Under the pieces are notes generated by a model. It did no database searches. It was not told the DNA's origin and saw only the letters and a program-made list of their open reading frames with translations. The position numbers and the translations under genes were made by a program. A stretch of DNA of 63,687 nt, filler included, from Kipferlia bialata (Eukaryota), in assembly GCA_003568945.1 (NCBI GenBank). It is 4 parts of 4 records of this genome, joined end to end, with 100 filler letters (N's around TTAATTAATTAA, not from the genome) between each part and the next. Parts side by side here need not be neighbours in the genome. Positions count along the whole stretch, not along the records: positions 20,215 to 40,318 come from BDIP01000393.1; 3 more parts are not named here. One strand, written 5' to 3'. Positions 25,401 through 39,879 of this stretch are shown here, piece after piece. How positions within the stretch are numbered: position 1 is the stretch's first letter; the number at the start of each line of letters is the position of its first letter.

Positions 25401-28272
25401 TTCCCTCTCTTTTGGTATTGACTTCACTTAATGGTGTCTGGAAACACAATCAGTTATAGTATGTATTTTATTATGGAGAACGGCAGTTTCTCTGATTCCG
25501 AAGTTGAGGACGTGTATTGATACAGCTATTGTGTTCCCTGTCTGTCGTTGACCCTTCACTGACCCCTCTATGTGTATTGGATTAGTATGTCCTGTCTATC
25601 TCGAATCTAATCCAATTAACCCTTATTTCACCCAAGTACTACAATATGTATATGAAATATTGTATATACGACTCACCCCAGTACTACAAGAACTCCTCGA
25701 TGAAGGACCTCAAGGGCCACATTGTCGCTGTGGGGGCCGTGTCAGAGGTATATCTATATATACAACAGTGTATAGATGTGTATGTGAGTGTATGTATCCA
25801 GGGACCTGTATTCATTGTCGCTGTGGGCTGTGGCAGAGAGGGATAGTGTTACTTACTACTATATGAAGTCCTATCCTATATCTATATTGACCCTAGGTAT
25901 CGATCTTAATACTTTACTTTTATACACAAAGATGTCTTATGTTGACTCCAGGCCGATGACAAGGGCAAGACTGAGAAGCCCTCCGACGTTGCCCCCAAGG
26001 GCCACACTGCCCTGGTCATATACCACATCAAGGGGTGAGTGTATATGGATATATATATATATACATATATATGTATATACATGATGTATGATGTATACAT
26101 ACTACCTGGTCATATACCACATCAAGGGGTGGGTGTATATGTATATATACATATATATATATGTATATACATGATGTATGATGTATACACACACAGCCCT
26201 GGTCATATACCACATCAAGGGGTGGGTGTATATTTTTATAGTTGCATACTCGCTGTGTGTATCATTTGAATACACACCCAGTCACTCACTCCAGTGGTGT
26301 GAGGACCGGCATGTATGTGTTTGTGGATGGCGAGGCTGTCAGAGACGCATGGGTCGAGGAGATCACATCGGCTGTGCAGTACGCTAAGGTATGTAGTGTA
26401 TATGAAATTTGCGTGTTTTGTATTCTATCTATCTAAATATATATATATATATATAGAGAGAGAGGGGGAGAGAGAGAGATTTCTTTATATACTAACCCCA
26501 GGACCACTCTGCCTCTGAGGTTGTGCCGGGTGACTCTCTCTATCTCTTTCTCTCTATTCATACATATGTTAATCTCTATATACTAATTCCAGGACCACTC
26601 TGCGTCTGAGGTTGTGCCGGGTGAGGTGACTGTCAGAAGAGGCAGCACTGCATCGCTACAGGACGTGGGCCAGACAATCGAGGCATGTTACACTACTTCA
26701 TTATTTATTTGGCCAAGTATACTGATATATATATATACAAGTATACTGATATATATATATACAAGTATACTGATACTGATACTGATACTGCCAAGTACTA
26801 ATGCTATAATTTCTTATTGATATTCATACTATTAGTCAGTAGTATATATGTATCTATTTCTCTTTCTATTACTTTAGAAGTACAGCATTCGTGCTCAAAT
26901 GGGTACCTACGGTGATTTGCGCATACGGTTGCAATATATAATGTATTGATCTGTATTTGGCAGTATATAATATATTGATCTATAATGTGCACACCTTCTT
27001 TTGTGACATTCACATATGGCCTTACTCCAGGACCCCAACACCACCCCCATCATGCATTCTGATATATATATATATATATACATTCATATGTGTATATATG
27101 TATATATGGTACATGACTTTAGCTATCCCTCACTCAAGGATGCCAACACTGCCCCCCTCTTGCATATCAGTATATATATATATATATATATGTTAAGTCA
27201 CTCACTCTAGGACGCCAACACCGCCCCCCTCGAGGCCGAGCAGGGCCCCGAGGATGTGGGGACTGTGACCATGGTGACCAATGAGCTGGCTGTCATGGCT
27301 GCGGCACCTGCTGTGCATGCATCCCTGGAGCAGGTGGGTGGTATATATATATATGTATACACATATATATATACATCAGCACTGGAGCAAGTGTGGTATA
27401 TTCATATATATATATATATATATATACATATATCCCTCCCTCGAGCAGGTGGGTGCACATATATATGTCCATGGAGTATAGCTAGTGTACTTATGTCTCT
27501 GTCTATACCTATGTTCACACCAGGAGGAGAAGACTGAGGAGTATATCAGAACAGTAGTAATTATGGTATTTATGATTCTTTTGTCATCTTACACCAGGAT
27601 GAGAAGGACAAGGCCGAGGAGACAGAGTCCCCTGAGGAGGAAGAGAGAGAGGAGGCTGTACAGGAGGAGGAGGCTCCTGAGTCCAGCTCCGGTGCACCCA
27701 CTGGCAACTCAGACTCAGGTACTCTCTCTGTCTATCCTTTCTCTCTCCCCCAGACTCTCTCTCTATCTAACTATATACGTAACTGAATACACATACATCT
27801 CTCTCACCCCCCAGACTATGCCGAGGAGGGCGATCTATCGCTCTCTCTCTGTATCTCTCCCTATATATATGAATATATATATTATTATACATACATATCT
27901 CACCCCTCAGACTATGCCGAGGAGGTTGATCTCTCTCTCTCTCTCTCTGCCCTCTCTCTCTGCCCTCTCTCTCTTGACATACACACTCACTCTCTCTCTC
28001 TCTCTAACCCCTCAGACTATGCCGAGGAGGGTGAGATGTACGGCATGGCAGAGGACGTGGACCCCATCCAGATCGCTAGGTATGACATTGTTACGAGAGG
28101 TTCTATGTCCAGTACTACTCTGTGACATTACCATTTCAGGTTGTGTGATATTCTATGTACTGTATTTGTAGTATGTGTATGAGGTTTCCTTGCATGTCTC
28201 ACCCCCCAGGGAGTCCATGGAGGAGGACGAGCGTGTCAGACTGGCTGCTGTGGCCCTGGCCATGAAGGAGGT

Positions 28273-28308
<36 letters not shown>

Positions 28309-31300
28309 ATTCCTCCGCGATCTGGTCCCCTTCAATTCGTCAGCTACTGTGTGTCTATGTGTATGCCAACAGATATGGTTTATAATTACTGTCTGACATC
28401 AAGGAGGCTGAGAAGCACGAGGCACTCAAGGCCGCTGCCGCTGCCGCTGCTGCTGAGGTACTATATCTCTCTCTATGCATGTGTCTCCCACTTCTTGCTC
28501 TCTCTCTCATCCATAGGAAGCTGCCGCTGCCGCTATTGCCGAGGCAGAGCCCGCTGAGGTTGCTGAGGAGGTTGCTGAGGAGGTTGCTGAGGAGGTTGCT
28601 GAGGTCGCCGAGGAGGTCGCCGAGGAGGTTGCTGAGGTTGCTGAGGTAGCCGNNNNNNNNNNNNNNNNNNNNNNNNNNNNNNNNNNNNNNNNNNNNNNNN
28701 NNNNNNNNNNNNNNNNNNNNNNNNNNNNNNNNNNNNNNNNNNNNNNNNNNNNNNNNNNNNNNNNNNNNNNNNNNNNNNNNNNNNNNNNNNNNNNNNNNNN
28801 NNNNNNNNNNNNNNNNNNNNNNNNNNNNNNNNNNNNNNNNNNNNNNNNNNNNNNNNNNNNNNNNNNNNNNNNNNNNNNNNNNNNNNNNNNNNNNNNNNNN
28901 NNNNNNNNNNNNNNNNNNNNNNNNNNNNNNNNNNNNNNNNNNNNNNNNNNNNNNNNNNNNNNNNNNNNNNNNNNNNNNNNNNNNNNNNNNNNNNNNNNNN
29001 NNNNNNNNNNNNNNNNNNNNNNNNNNNNNNNNNNNNNNNNNNNNNNNNNNNNNNNNNNNNNNNNNNNNNNNNNNNNNNNNNNNNNNNNNNNNNNNNNNNN
29101 NNNNNNNNNNNNNNNNNNNNNNNNNNNNNNNNNNNNNNNNNNNNNNNNNNNNNNNNNNNNNNNNNNNNNNNNNNNNNNNNNNNNNNNNNNNNNNNNNNNN
29201 NNNNNNNNNNNNNNNNNNNNNNNNNNNNNNNNNNNNNNNNNNNNNNNNNNNNNNNNNNNNNNNNNNNNNNNNNNNNNNNNNNNNNNNNNNNNNNNNNNNN
29301 NNNNNNNNNNNNNNNNNNNNNNNNNNNNNNNNNNNNNNNNNNNNNNNNNNNNNNNNNNNNNNNNNNNNNNNNNNNNNNNNNNNNNNNNNNNNNNNNNNNN
29401 NNNNNNNNNNNNNNNNNNNNNNNNNNNNNNNNNNNNNNNNNNNNNNNNNNNNNNNNNNNNNNNNNNNNNNNNNNNNNNNNNNNNNNNNNNNNNNNNNNNN
29501 NNNNNNNNNNNNNNNNNNNNNNNNNNNNNNNNNNNNNNNNNNNNNNNNNNNNNNNNNNNNNNNNNNNNNNNNNNNNNNNNNNNNNNNNNNNNNNNNNNNN
29601 NNNNAGGTCGCCGAGGAGGTTGCTGAGGAGGTTGCTGAGGAGGTTGCTGAGGTCGCCGAGGAGGTTGCTGAGGTTGACGAGGCCGTTGCCATCGTTAGCG
29701 CCATGGCCGCCCAGCCTGAGGGAGAGAGAGAGGCTGAGGCAGATGAGGAGGAGCCCCTCCCCCAGGTCCAGGCCTCCCCCGCCCTTGCCAGCAGTGTGCT
29801 CAGCCCCCACGTGGTGGTGGACTGGCACTCCCAGGAGGTATATGAGTGTACTGTGTATATAGTATGATAGGTATATAAGTATACTATATATATAGTATGA
29901 TATCTATATACGTATATGTATGTATAGTATCACACAATACACGCAGTAGTGGTTGTGGACTGGCACTCCCAGGAGGTATCATATGTATTACACAGTATAT
30001 GTTTATGTACACATATGTTGTGATATAACCGAAGTGGTAGTGGATTGGCACCCAGGAGGTATGGTCGTGCTACTGTGTATATATGCAGTATCATACAGTA
30101 CTACATTGTGCCTTCATGACATGTTTGGATGGTGGTGGTTGATACCTATGTTCTCATTTCTCTCATACCAGGTCTCTATCCATTTACATGACACTGTCCC
30201 TCCCTCTACCCCCTAAACACCAGGTCTCCATCCACTCTGCAGGTGGCATCGTTGTGGATGTGGCCCAGGATCACTTCAGGTACCTATCTCTCTCTCTCCC
30301 TGTCGATTTTTTGATACCATCTCCTTCTACTGTTCCAGCCGTTCTTTCCATGTCGACTTCAACATGAGTTCTCCAATCTTCCCCATACTGCTGTCTCCCC
30401 CTCACCACCCAGACCCCTCGTTTACTACAGTAGATATATATATATTTATATATTTATTTAGATCTATTTATAAATATTATGGTATTTGCTCTCTATGCTA
30501 TCCTCACCGCAGCCTCCCCCTCACCACCGAGACCCCTGATGGTGCCACTGCTGCCTTCCAGCACTCATCTGTCATGGAGGCACCTGCTGTCACATCAGGT
30601 ACATATATATCACCACATGCATCATTCTCTCTCTCTCCCTAAATATGTATCATGTTCTTGGACCAATATCCAGGCTCTGCCCCCTCCGTCCACATCCATG
30701 CCCATCTCTCTCTTTCTCTCTCTCTCTCTAGATATATGTATAACTACAATCTGCTAATATCCAGGCTCTGCCCCCTCCGTCCACATCCATGCCGACAACG
30801 AGAGTGGTGCACCAGTGGGGTCCCCAGACGCAGAGGTACTTAATACCAGCATATCTATATATATATTTATAAATATACGTGTTTATGTATGTATTGATAT
30901 ATTTTTTACTGGGGCGCTCAGACGTAGAGGTACTATGCCCATCAAAGAACATAACATATAGACTGGTACCTAGGTTTTGATGGAGCATACTTATCGAGAG
31001 AGAGAGACTAACCCCAGGCCGGCTGGGAGAGGCCCATCCTGATCATATATATATATATATATATATTACCCTGATACCTAGGTAGTGAAGGAACATATAG
31101 AGAGACTAATACTACAGTAGATATATACAATTATATGTTTAGATCTATATATACTAACCCCAGGCCGGGTGGGAGAGGCCCATCCTGATCCTGACCCCCA
31201 CCTTCAAGAGGGGCAGCAAGAAGGACATGAGGGAGCAGGGGGAGTGCCCAGTCTGTGAGGCCCCACTCAACGGAAAGGTACATTATCTCTCTCTCTCTCT

Positions 31301-32162
31301 CTCCCTCTCTCTCTGTCACATATTCTCCTAGCTTTGGAAGCATCTCTTTGCCCAGCGCTGTCTCCCAGTTTTCTGTCTTTCTCTCTCTCCCTCTCTCTCT
31401 CTACACCCTTGCTAACCCCAGGCCGATTTCTGCTGCTACTCCTTGTTCTCTACCCCCCCCCCCTCTCTCTCTCCCTCTACACCCTTAACCCAGGCCGAGT
31501 TCTGCTACTACTCTGGCCAGTTCTGCTGCCTGGGCTGCATGGCCACCAACAACCTGTCCATCCCAGCATACATCGTCAACAAGCACGACTGGAAGCCAAG
31601 GTATTGCTATATATATGATGTATATATACATGTATTGTCAACAAGCACGACTGGAAGCCAAGGTGTGTACAAGCCTATTCTCTCTGCCTGGTGTGCATCA
31701 TTATCTCTCTCTCTCTCTCTCTATACATACACACACACACATACATATATATATATCCCTCTCATCCCAGACCTGTCTCTGCCCCTGTGTACCAGCACCT
31801 GGTCTCCCTCCTCAGGGCACCCATATGCGCTGATGTCCACATCCCACAGAAGTTCAAGGACAGGTATTGTATCCATATTACGGAGATATGGATCCGAGAG
31901 TATGTATAGTGTGTGTGCCCCCCCCCCCCTCACCCCCAGGAGTAACAATAGTATAAATATATACATATATATGTATAACCCCCCCCCCCCTCACCCCCAG
32001 GAAGGACTATGCCCATGTCATGACATCCAGGCACAGGCTCAGGTAATGGTTATACTTATACACATATTGCGTATATGAACATTGTACGATTTCATTATGA
32101 AGTCGTATATTTATATATGTCCTATACACTATCTGCTCACCCAAGGGAGCTGTACAAGTACG

Positions 32163-32194
<32 letters not shown>

Positions 32195-33666
32195 TTCAAT
32201 GTATATCCTATACACTATCTGCTCACCCCAGGGAGCTGTACAAGTACGTGTGTGCGTGTGGCAAGGGAGGGAGGGACCTTGTGGAGAGAGGGCTGGGCGG
32301 CAATGAGCACCTGGCGGAGAGGATGGGCGTGTGGTCATACGAGGTATCAACATCAACTAATCCTCAATGCTATGTAAAATGTATTTTTGAATTAGTATAT
32401 CCTTTGTATAGTTGAACAGAATATTTTGGTTATAGGCATGGGACATGTGTCACTAACCCTCCAGGACCCTGCCCAGATGCACTCCTACTAAAGTATTTAG
32501 AGCAGCATAATGTACTATATATATATATATATATATATATCCTATACTATATATATATTCTACATGTGCCATTAACCCTCCAGGACCTTGCCCAGATGCA
32601 CTCCAACGCCCTTGGCACCTCCCTCACTCTGCTCTGTGACAAGCTGAGTGCGCACATCCTCCAGTGCCCTAGGTATGCATGTGTATGTGTTTATATATAT
32701 ATATATGCACCCATCCTCCAGTGCCCAAGGTATGTATGTGTCTATATATATTTACTACAGTGTCTACACCTCTCCCCCTACCTTGTCTCTCTCTATATTC
32801 CTTCCTCTCCCTTTCTGTTCTCTCTCACCCCCTAGGTGCTGTCTCCTAGGCCACAAGTGCAGGGTCTGCATCGACAAGGTACTTGAATGTATATGTGAAT
32901 ACATATGTGAATATATGAATATGTGTATATATATATATATAGGTATATACACAGCAGGGTCTGCATCGACAAGGTACTTGATAGTGAGTACCAATCTATC
33001 TACTTCTCTCTCTCTCTCTCTCTCTACACCCTTGATGATCTTGAGGATATGCATCGACAAGGTACTTGATGGAGTGTATTTATGTATGTGTCTAGCATAT
33101 ATCTACCTCTCTCTCTCTCTCTCTCTCTCTCTATACCCTTAATACCAGGACCCCAGGCACATCATCCACACCTGGGACCCATCCACCCCACACTGGTATG
33201 TGCATAGTGTATATATGTATATATATATATATATAGTAGGCTGTATACCAATATAGTGTATGATAGTACTACTCATATTGTTGTGTTATTACTATTTATA
33301 CTATTGCAGTGATGTACTATCTATATACATACCTCTTGGTCCTGCCCCATGTACCACGTTGAATTGGTAACAGATACCTATTAATATACGTTTGTATACA
33401 TACTCTATATGTTGTCAATGCGTGTACTATGCTACCGTGTACCCTTACCCCCAGGTCCTGCCCCAGCTGCCACGGTGTGTTCCATATATATATACATATA
33501 CATGCACATCTATTCTATTCTTCTCTACTACACTGTATATATTGCCTAACACACCAGGTCCTGCCCCACGTGCCACGGTGTGTTCCATGCCAAGTGTGCC
33601 AAGAAGGCATTTGGCAAGAAGGCCACCCAGTGTGACCTCTGTGCCGCCAAGGAGGCTGCCAAGTAG
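20372..33666 (+). CDS. PH-domain + C-terminal Rubicon-homology (RH) zinc-binding protein, PLEKHM1/PLEKHM3/DEF8-like; more than 30 exons
   Basis: PH-like: KHGKIQLRHFMVSGNTIKYYKNSSMKDLKGHI...RDAWVEEITSAV. RH: ECPVCEAPL..AEFCYYSGQFCCLGC..LSIPAYIVNKHDWKPRPVS...HILQCPRCCLLGHKCRVC..IIHTW..CPTCHGVFHAKC..CDLC; stop TAG 33664-33666. Confidence 0.85.
21568..22090 (+). repeat. Exon-end echo array (5 copies of about 40 bp AGCTGCCCTGACCAGCCACCAGCCAGACCAGACAGGAG|GT)
   Basis: Copies at about 21568 (true exon), 21691, 21824, 21953 and 22053, separated by TA-rich spacers. Confidence 0.95.
23898..24730 (+). repeat. Exon-end echo array (6 copies of GTGCACACCCTG[T/C]CCATCACAGC[A/T]GACAC[A/G]CAG|G[T/C])
   Basis: Copies at about 23906 (true exon), 24075, 24268, 24385, 24557 and 24692, plus shorter AGACAC[A/G]CAGGTA remnants. 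Confidence 0.95.
28556..29675 (+). repeat. Coding 12-bp tandem repeat GAGGT[T/C]GC[T/C]GAG, (EVAE)n, spanning an assembly gap
   Basis: Same unit on both sides of the N run 28653-29604, in frame with the PH/RH gene. Confidence 0.85.
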
Positions 33667-34083
33667 ACACATACACACATACAGAGAGAGAGAGAGAGAG
33701 AGAGAGATTATGTGTGGTTGTGAGTGGGAGATGACATCTTGCCTTGTCTTGATATACTCCCAGGGACTTGTGGGTTTTGTGTATGTATGTACTGTAACAT
33801 CTTGGAATGGTTTCCACCCAATTTTCGTTAGACTGAGAATAGAATAGACCAATCTATTTGAGTGTGACTGTTCGCGTCTTCTCTCTCGTTTCCCTTCAGT
33901 CTGTGTACAATGAGTATATAGTTACTATTGCCATCAGAGAAGAGAATACTCCATCTCTCCCAAAGAGACAACTTGCTCAATTCATTAGCAAGGTACCGCC
34001 AACTACCATCTCTAATAGGTCTATTAAGAGGTCCTACTATCTATTAGAATATTTAGAGGTCCTACTATCTACGTTAGGTCTAT

Positions 34084-36676
34084 TCAGAGGTCCTCCAGGA
34101 TGTCTGTGTGAATATCCTCCATAGGCTCTACCACCACCTCCTCCTGCTCCTCAATGACTGTCTCTCTCTCCCCCTCAGTCTCTCCCTCAGTACCCTCGAC
34201 ATCTACTACAACTACCTCTCCCTCTCCCTCTACCATCTCTCCCTCTCCCTCTCCCTCCTCCTCTGTTGGGTTGTGCTTCGCATTGAAGGCATCCACCCTC
34301 TTCCTGAGATGAGACTAAAACAATACTCCAGACACAGGATGCATATATACCTATACTAGACAATATATCTCCTATACTTGTACTCTGTGCGGTCTGTAGA
34401 GTATATATATATATATATACATACTATATATACCCTTTAGACTTCAGTATACCTGTACTCTGTAAGGTCTGTGGCGTATGCCTTGGTCAGACCAGACACC
34501 CTGGTGGTGTCGCGCTTCAGAGACTGGGGTCAGGGAGGGGTGTTGTACATACACACACACATATATATATACACGGTATCCCGCTGGGGCCAGGGAAGGG
34601 CTATACACTAATATTACGTTATATAAATACATCATTGTACATACACACCTTTGTGAGTGCCGCAACCTCCTCTGTGGACATGGTATGCCCCTCCCAGTCC
34701 TCTCTCACGGCATCGTCCTCAGAGGCAGCAGACACCTGAGGGGGTAGAGAGAGACAGGAAGAATATATGTATATGTAGGGCATATATACACATCGGTAGC
34801 AGACACCTGAGGGGTTAGAGAGAGAGAATGTAAGGCATATAATCATATTCATACTCCTCGGCAGCAGACACCTGACAGTGAGGTAAAGAAGAAATATATT
34901 GAATATAACTTTGATGGGTATATATATATATATATATATATTTGATGGGAATAGGTGCTAGCGGCACGATACCTTCTCGACGGCAGATGCGAGGCGTTTG
35001 GCTCCGTTGGCAGAAGCTAGGGCTAGCCTAGGTGAGAAAGAGACGGAATGCGGTATATATATATATATAGATAGATAGATATATTAATAGATAGATATAT
35101 TAATAGATATATATAGAGTGACAGAACAGACGTGATTACCAGCCACACGACGAAAGAAGTATTGCTCAAATCTGTGAGACTGAAGGGCAATAAGGTGTAG
35201 TACAAATATCCATTCCCACCTGTCATATGACTCCACTAGTATCAGTGTAAGTAATGATATGTATATACTATCTACATATGTATACAGTATCCATCCCCAC
35301 CTGTCATATGACTCCACCGGTATCAGTGTCAGTAATTATAAGTATATATATATATATATATATATATAGTATCCATCCCCACCTGTCATATGACTCCACT
35401 AGTATCAGTGTAAGTAACTATATGTATATATATATATGTATATATATATAGTATCAATCCCCACCTGTCATATGACTCNNNNNNNTATATATGTATATAT
35501 ATATAGTATCAATCCCCACCTGTCATATGACTCCACCAGTGTGACGCATCTCTTGTACAGGGACAAATCTGTTGATATGTATAGAACAATAATGTGTAGT
35601 ACAAACATCCTTTCCCACCTATCATATGCCTCCACCAGAGTGACGCATCTCTTGTACAGGGGGATCCCATTCAGATAGTCGGTGACATCCTCGCTGGGCC
35701 TCTCCACCACCTCTCCCTCGGTGTCATCAGAGGAGGACCTGGGGATAAGGTGGACTAATATAGAGGTAGATATTATATGTGTATATATGATAGGCTATAT
35801 ACAGTTGTATATGTGTTTCATCCTCAGACGACCTGAGGGTAAGGTATACTAGTCTATATATATATGTATGTATCTCTCTCTCCATATGTATATATCTGCA
35901 CCGTTTGAGGACCTAGGGTGAGACACACTCAAACCAGAAATATCAACGCGGGTACATATAACAATATCTATCTATACAAAATGGAGTAATAGTACGACAC
36001 ACACTACCTGCTAGTGAATCTGGACCACCAGCTCTTCTTAGGCTCCTTCTTAGTCTCCTTGGCCTCCTTGGGCTCTTCCTCTACAACCTCCTCCTCCTCC
36101 ACAATCTCTTCCTCCTCACCCTCACTCTCTGCCCCAGCCACTACAACCATCTCCTCTCCCTCTGTCTCTCCCTCTCCCTCTCCCTCTGTCTCCTCCTCTG
36201 TCTGCACTGTCACACTGGCCTCATACTCAGCCATGGCCTTGTCACGCATCAACTCGGCATAGCCCTGAGGGTAAGTGGGTTACACACTGCACAATTCACA
36301 CAATTGGTGACATGTCACACACCTCGTAGGCCTGTGTGCACATATCAGCACTGAGGGGAGCGGCGACTAGCTTCTCAGCAGCCTCAATCTTGGACTGGGG
36401 GTGAGGCATAGATGCATATAGTCAGCAACACAGGAGAAGAATGGAGACACTGTACTATCCATGGTAGGTACCTACAACTAAAGAGCAAATCTGGAATACA
36501 TATGAGACTCCTACACATTTAGGCTGTATACTGTACCTCCAGATCGGACATCTGCTTGGATAGGGCTGCGGCAACAGCTGGGGGTGAGGGGGGAGGAGAG
36601 AGCGAGAGAGAGCGAGAGAGAGCGAGAGAGAGCACCTGGCATTGCCTCTGCCTCTCTCAGTCTGTGTCTGGCACTG

Positions 36677-36724
<48 letters not shown>

Positions 36725-36867
36725 CATACACTGTATATACACTATACCTGGCATTGCCTCTGCCTCCCTGAGTCTGTGTCTGGCACTGTCTATGGGGGAC
36801 TGGAGGCCAGACAGAAGGGAATCAACAACGGCAGAACGGGTCTAGGTGTAAGAGAGATAGAGAAACT

Positions 36868-36903
<36 letters not shown>

Positions 36904-37006
36904 TCAACCACGGCAGAGCGGGTCTAGATGTAAGAGAGAGATAGAGAAACTTAGAGAGAGAGAGAGAGAGAGANNNNNNNNGATGTAAGAGAGAGATAGA
37001 GAAACT

Positions 37007-37055
<49 letters not shown>

Positions 37056-38418
37056 GTACCTCCAGGCAGTTGAGCAGGTCAGCCTTCTCGCATGGGTCGT
37101 CATAGATGTACTCATCCACCACAGCAGCTGCCTCAGACACAATGGCCTCGATGGAGGCAATGTCCTAATGGTGAGAAGGATATACACTAATGGATAGTTC
37201 CATATACACATATAGATGGATAGATACAGATGTATCAGTGACAATGGCCTCGATGGAGGATATGTCCTGAGGTTAGACATGTTAGAGGTGAATACATATA
37301 CATATATATATATAGATAGATCAGACACAATGGCCTCGATGGAGGCAATGTCCTAATGGTGAGTGTGGACGCATCAACACACATACACATGATACACCCT
37401 ATATACTTTGGGCGACACTGCCTGGTACACATGTATATATATACACACATCTATATTGTGTATCGAAGTGATATTCATATTTGTTACACACACATATATA
37501 TAAGTAACCCACCTTGGGCGACAGGGCCCCCAGTATCCTTGCTGCCTGTCCCGACCCCCCCTTGTCTGCATATACTATGTCCAGGGCCACATAGCGCATG
37601 TCCTCTAGGCCCACCAGAGCAGCCTGGAAGGACCTTAACGGTTAGGTAAACGGTTAGATGGCATCGCGTAAGTTTCCCACAAGCGCGCAGTATCCATACT
37701 AGTAGTTACCTGTACATATCTGCTGTGGAGCGCTGGAGGGATATCCAGTTCCTGACGGCCACCGCCTCCTCCTCAGTCACGCCACTCTCTCTCTCTCCCT
37801 CTCCCTCTGTCTCTGCCTCTACAGTAGCATCAGTCACAATGAACCTGGCGTCAGGTATAGGGGTAGCATAACCATAACACCTTTCAATATTAATAAACGT
37901 ATATATTATGAATAATTCATTGTATTTGTTTCTATATATATATATACAAATGATGATAGTATATATACCTCGTTGCGAATCTGAGGGAGGCCTTGGACAG
38001 TGAAGTAGCATATACATACATTAACGCTTACTGTATAGCCTAAATACATAATACATATACACATATATATATATTGTATATATATACCTTGTTGCGAATC
38101 TGAGGGATGCCTTGGACAGGGCGCCCTTGAAGGCAGCACCCAGCACAGCGGCCTGGGGTTAAGATATATGTATGTATGTATTCATACATAAATTCATATA
38201 TATACATATATAGTATCTTTAAAGGCAGCACCCAGCACAGGGGCATGGGGTGAGGGTACATACTTTTGTATACATTTGTATGTATATATATATATATCCA
38301 TTAACCTTGAAGGCAGCACCCAGCACAGCGGCCTGGGATAGGATCTATGTACATTGGGATGTATACAGAAGATTTACCACTCACCTCATCTGTGTGGACT
38401 GTCTTGAGTATGGGACAC

Positions 38419-38450
<32 letters not shown>

Positions 38451-38757
38451 GTATACTATATATACTACATGTACTATACACTATATATACCTCTACAATG
38501 GACCTAGGAGTGTCAAAAGGGAATTCTCAAATACCATGTGTATATATCTGATACTAATCCAACTGACATTCCCAGCACCCCACCAGAGAGACAACTAGGC
38601 AATTATTACTAAAATACATTTAGAAATATGGCTATACATATAATCACCACACGAACCGTGTGTATGTCTCCCTTGCCCTAAAGTCCCAGTCCCCCACCAG
38701 AGAGTATATATACACACATATATATATGTATATATATATATATGTGTATATATATAC

Positions 38758-38794
<37 letters not shown>

Positions 38795-39827
38795 GGTGTA
38801 TGTCTCCCTTGCCCTAAAGTCCCAGTCCCCCAATAGAGTATATATATATGTGTGTATGTATACATATACTATATTGTATATATATATATATATATCATAC
38901 ATGTACCTCGTGTATGTCTCCTTTGCCCTAAAGTCCCAGTCCCCCACCAGAGAGTCAACCAATACACGGGTGTCAGTGTTGACTGACAGGACCTGGGGGT
39001 AGAGAGAGAGAGAGCGACAAAGAGAGAGAGAGAGAGAGAGAGCGCAGTTATGCTGTTCACATTAGTCCTCACCTACTTCGTCTTCTCGGTCAGATGTGTG
39101 TATATTAACATACATGCATAATTCATGTGATATATACATATATACAAAACACACAGATACGTCTCCACACCTGCTTTGCCTTCTCGGCCAGACACATGTA
39201 TATCTACACGTATAATTCATATGATATATATATATATATATATATATAGTATATGAACTCTTTGGTCTCCACACCTGCTTGGCCTTCTCTGCTGCTGCCA
39301 GTATCCGTGACTCCATCCTGACACGCTGCCTGGGGGTGAGACATGTACACACCCATATGTAAACATACACAAATGTAAATGTATCTACACACCTCTCACT
39401 CATAGGCCCCATGCCCGATGCCTCGTACTGGTCAAGGGCATCAGTATAAGTGTACGTAGTATATATATATATGCATTTATATTTATGTATATTGTTCAGT
39501 ATACCTATCAGACATAGGCCCCATGCCCGATGCCTCGTACTGGCCAAGGGCATCTGCCAGGAGGGTGTCTGCTATGACACGGGTCAGGGCATCACCGCCT
39601 GAGGGTGAGTATATCACATATATATACATTTACATATAAATAGTATACAAGACTAGTAAATAGCAGTGCTATGACACGGGTCAGGCCACCTGAGGGTGAG
39701 TAACAATGAATACACTAATAAATAATAACACACACACACACATATATACATATACCTATATATAGTATTATACGAGTGCTAACCTGTCCTGACGTATGAT
39801 GTGCCTGTGAGTGTCACCTCCACTCAT

Positions 39828-39879
<52 letters not shown>

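Noticed and set aside
28355..29828. 431-449 aa minus-strand ORFs
   Set aside because: They consist mostly of N gap plus the antisense of the EVAE repeat
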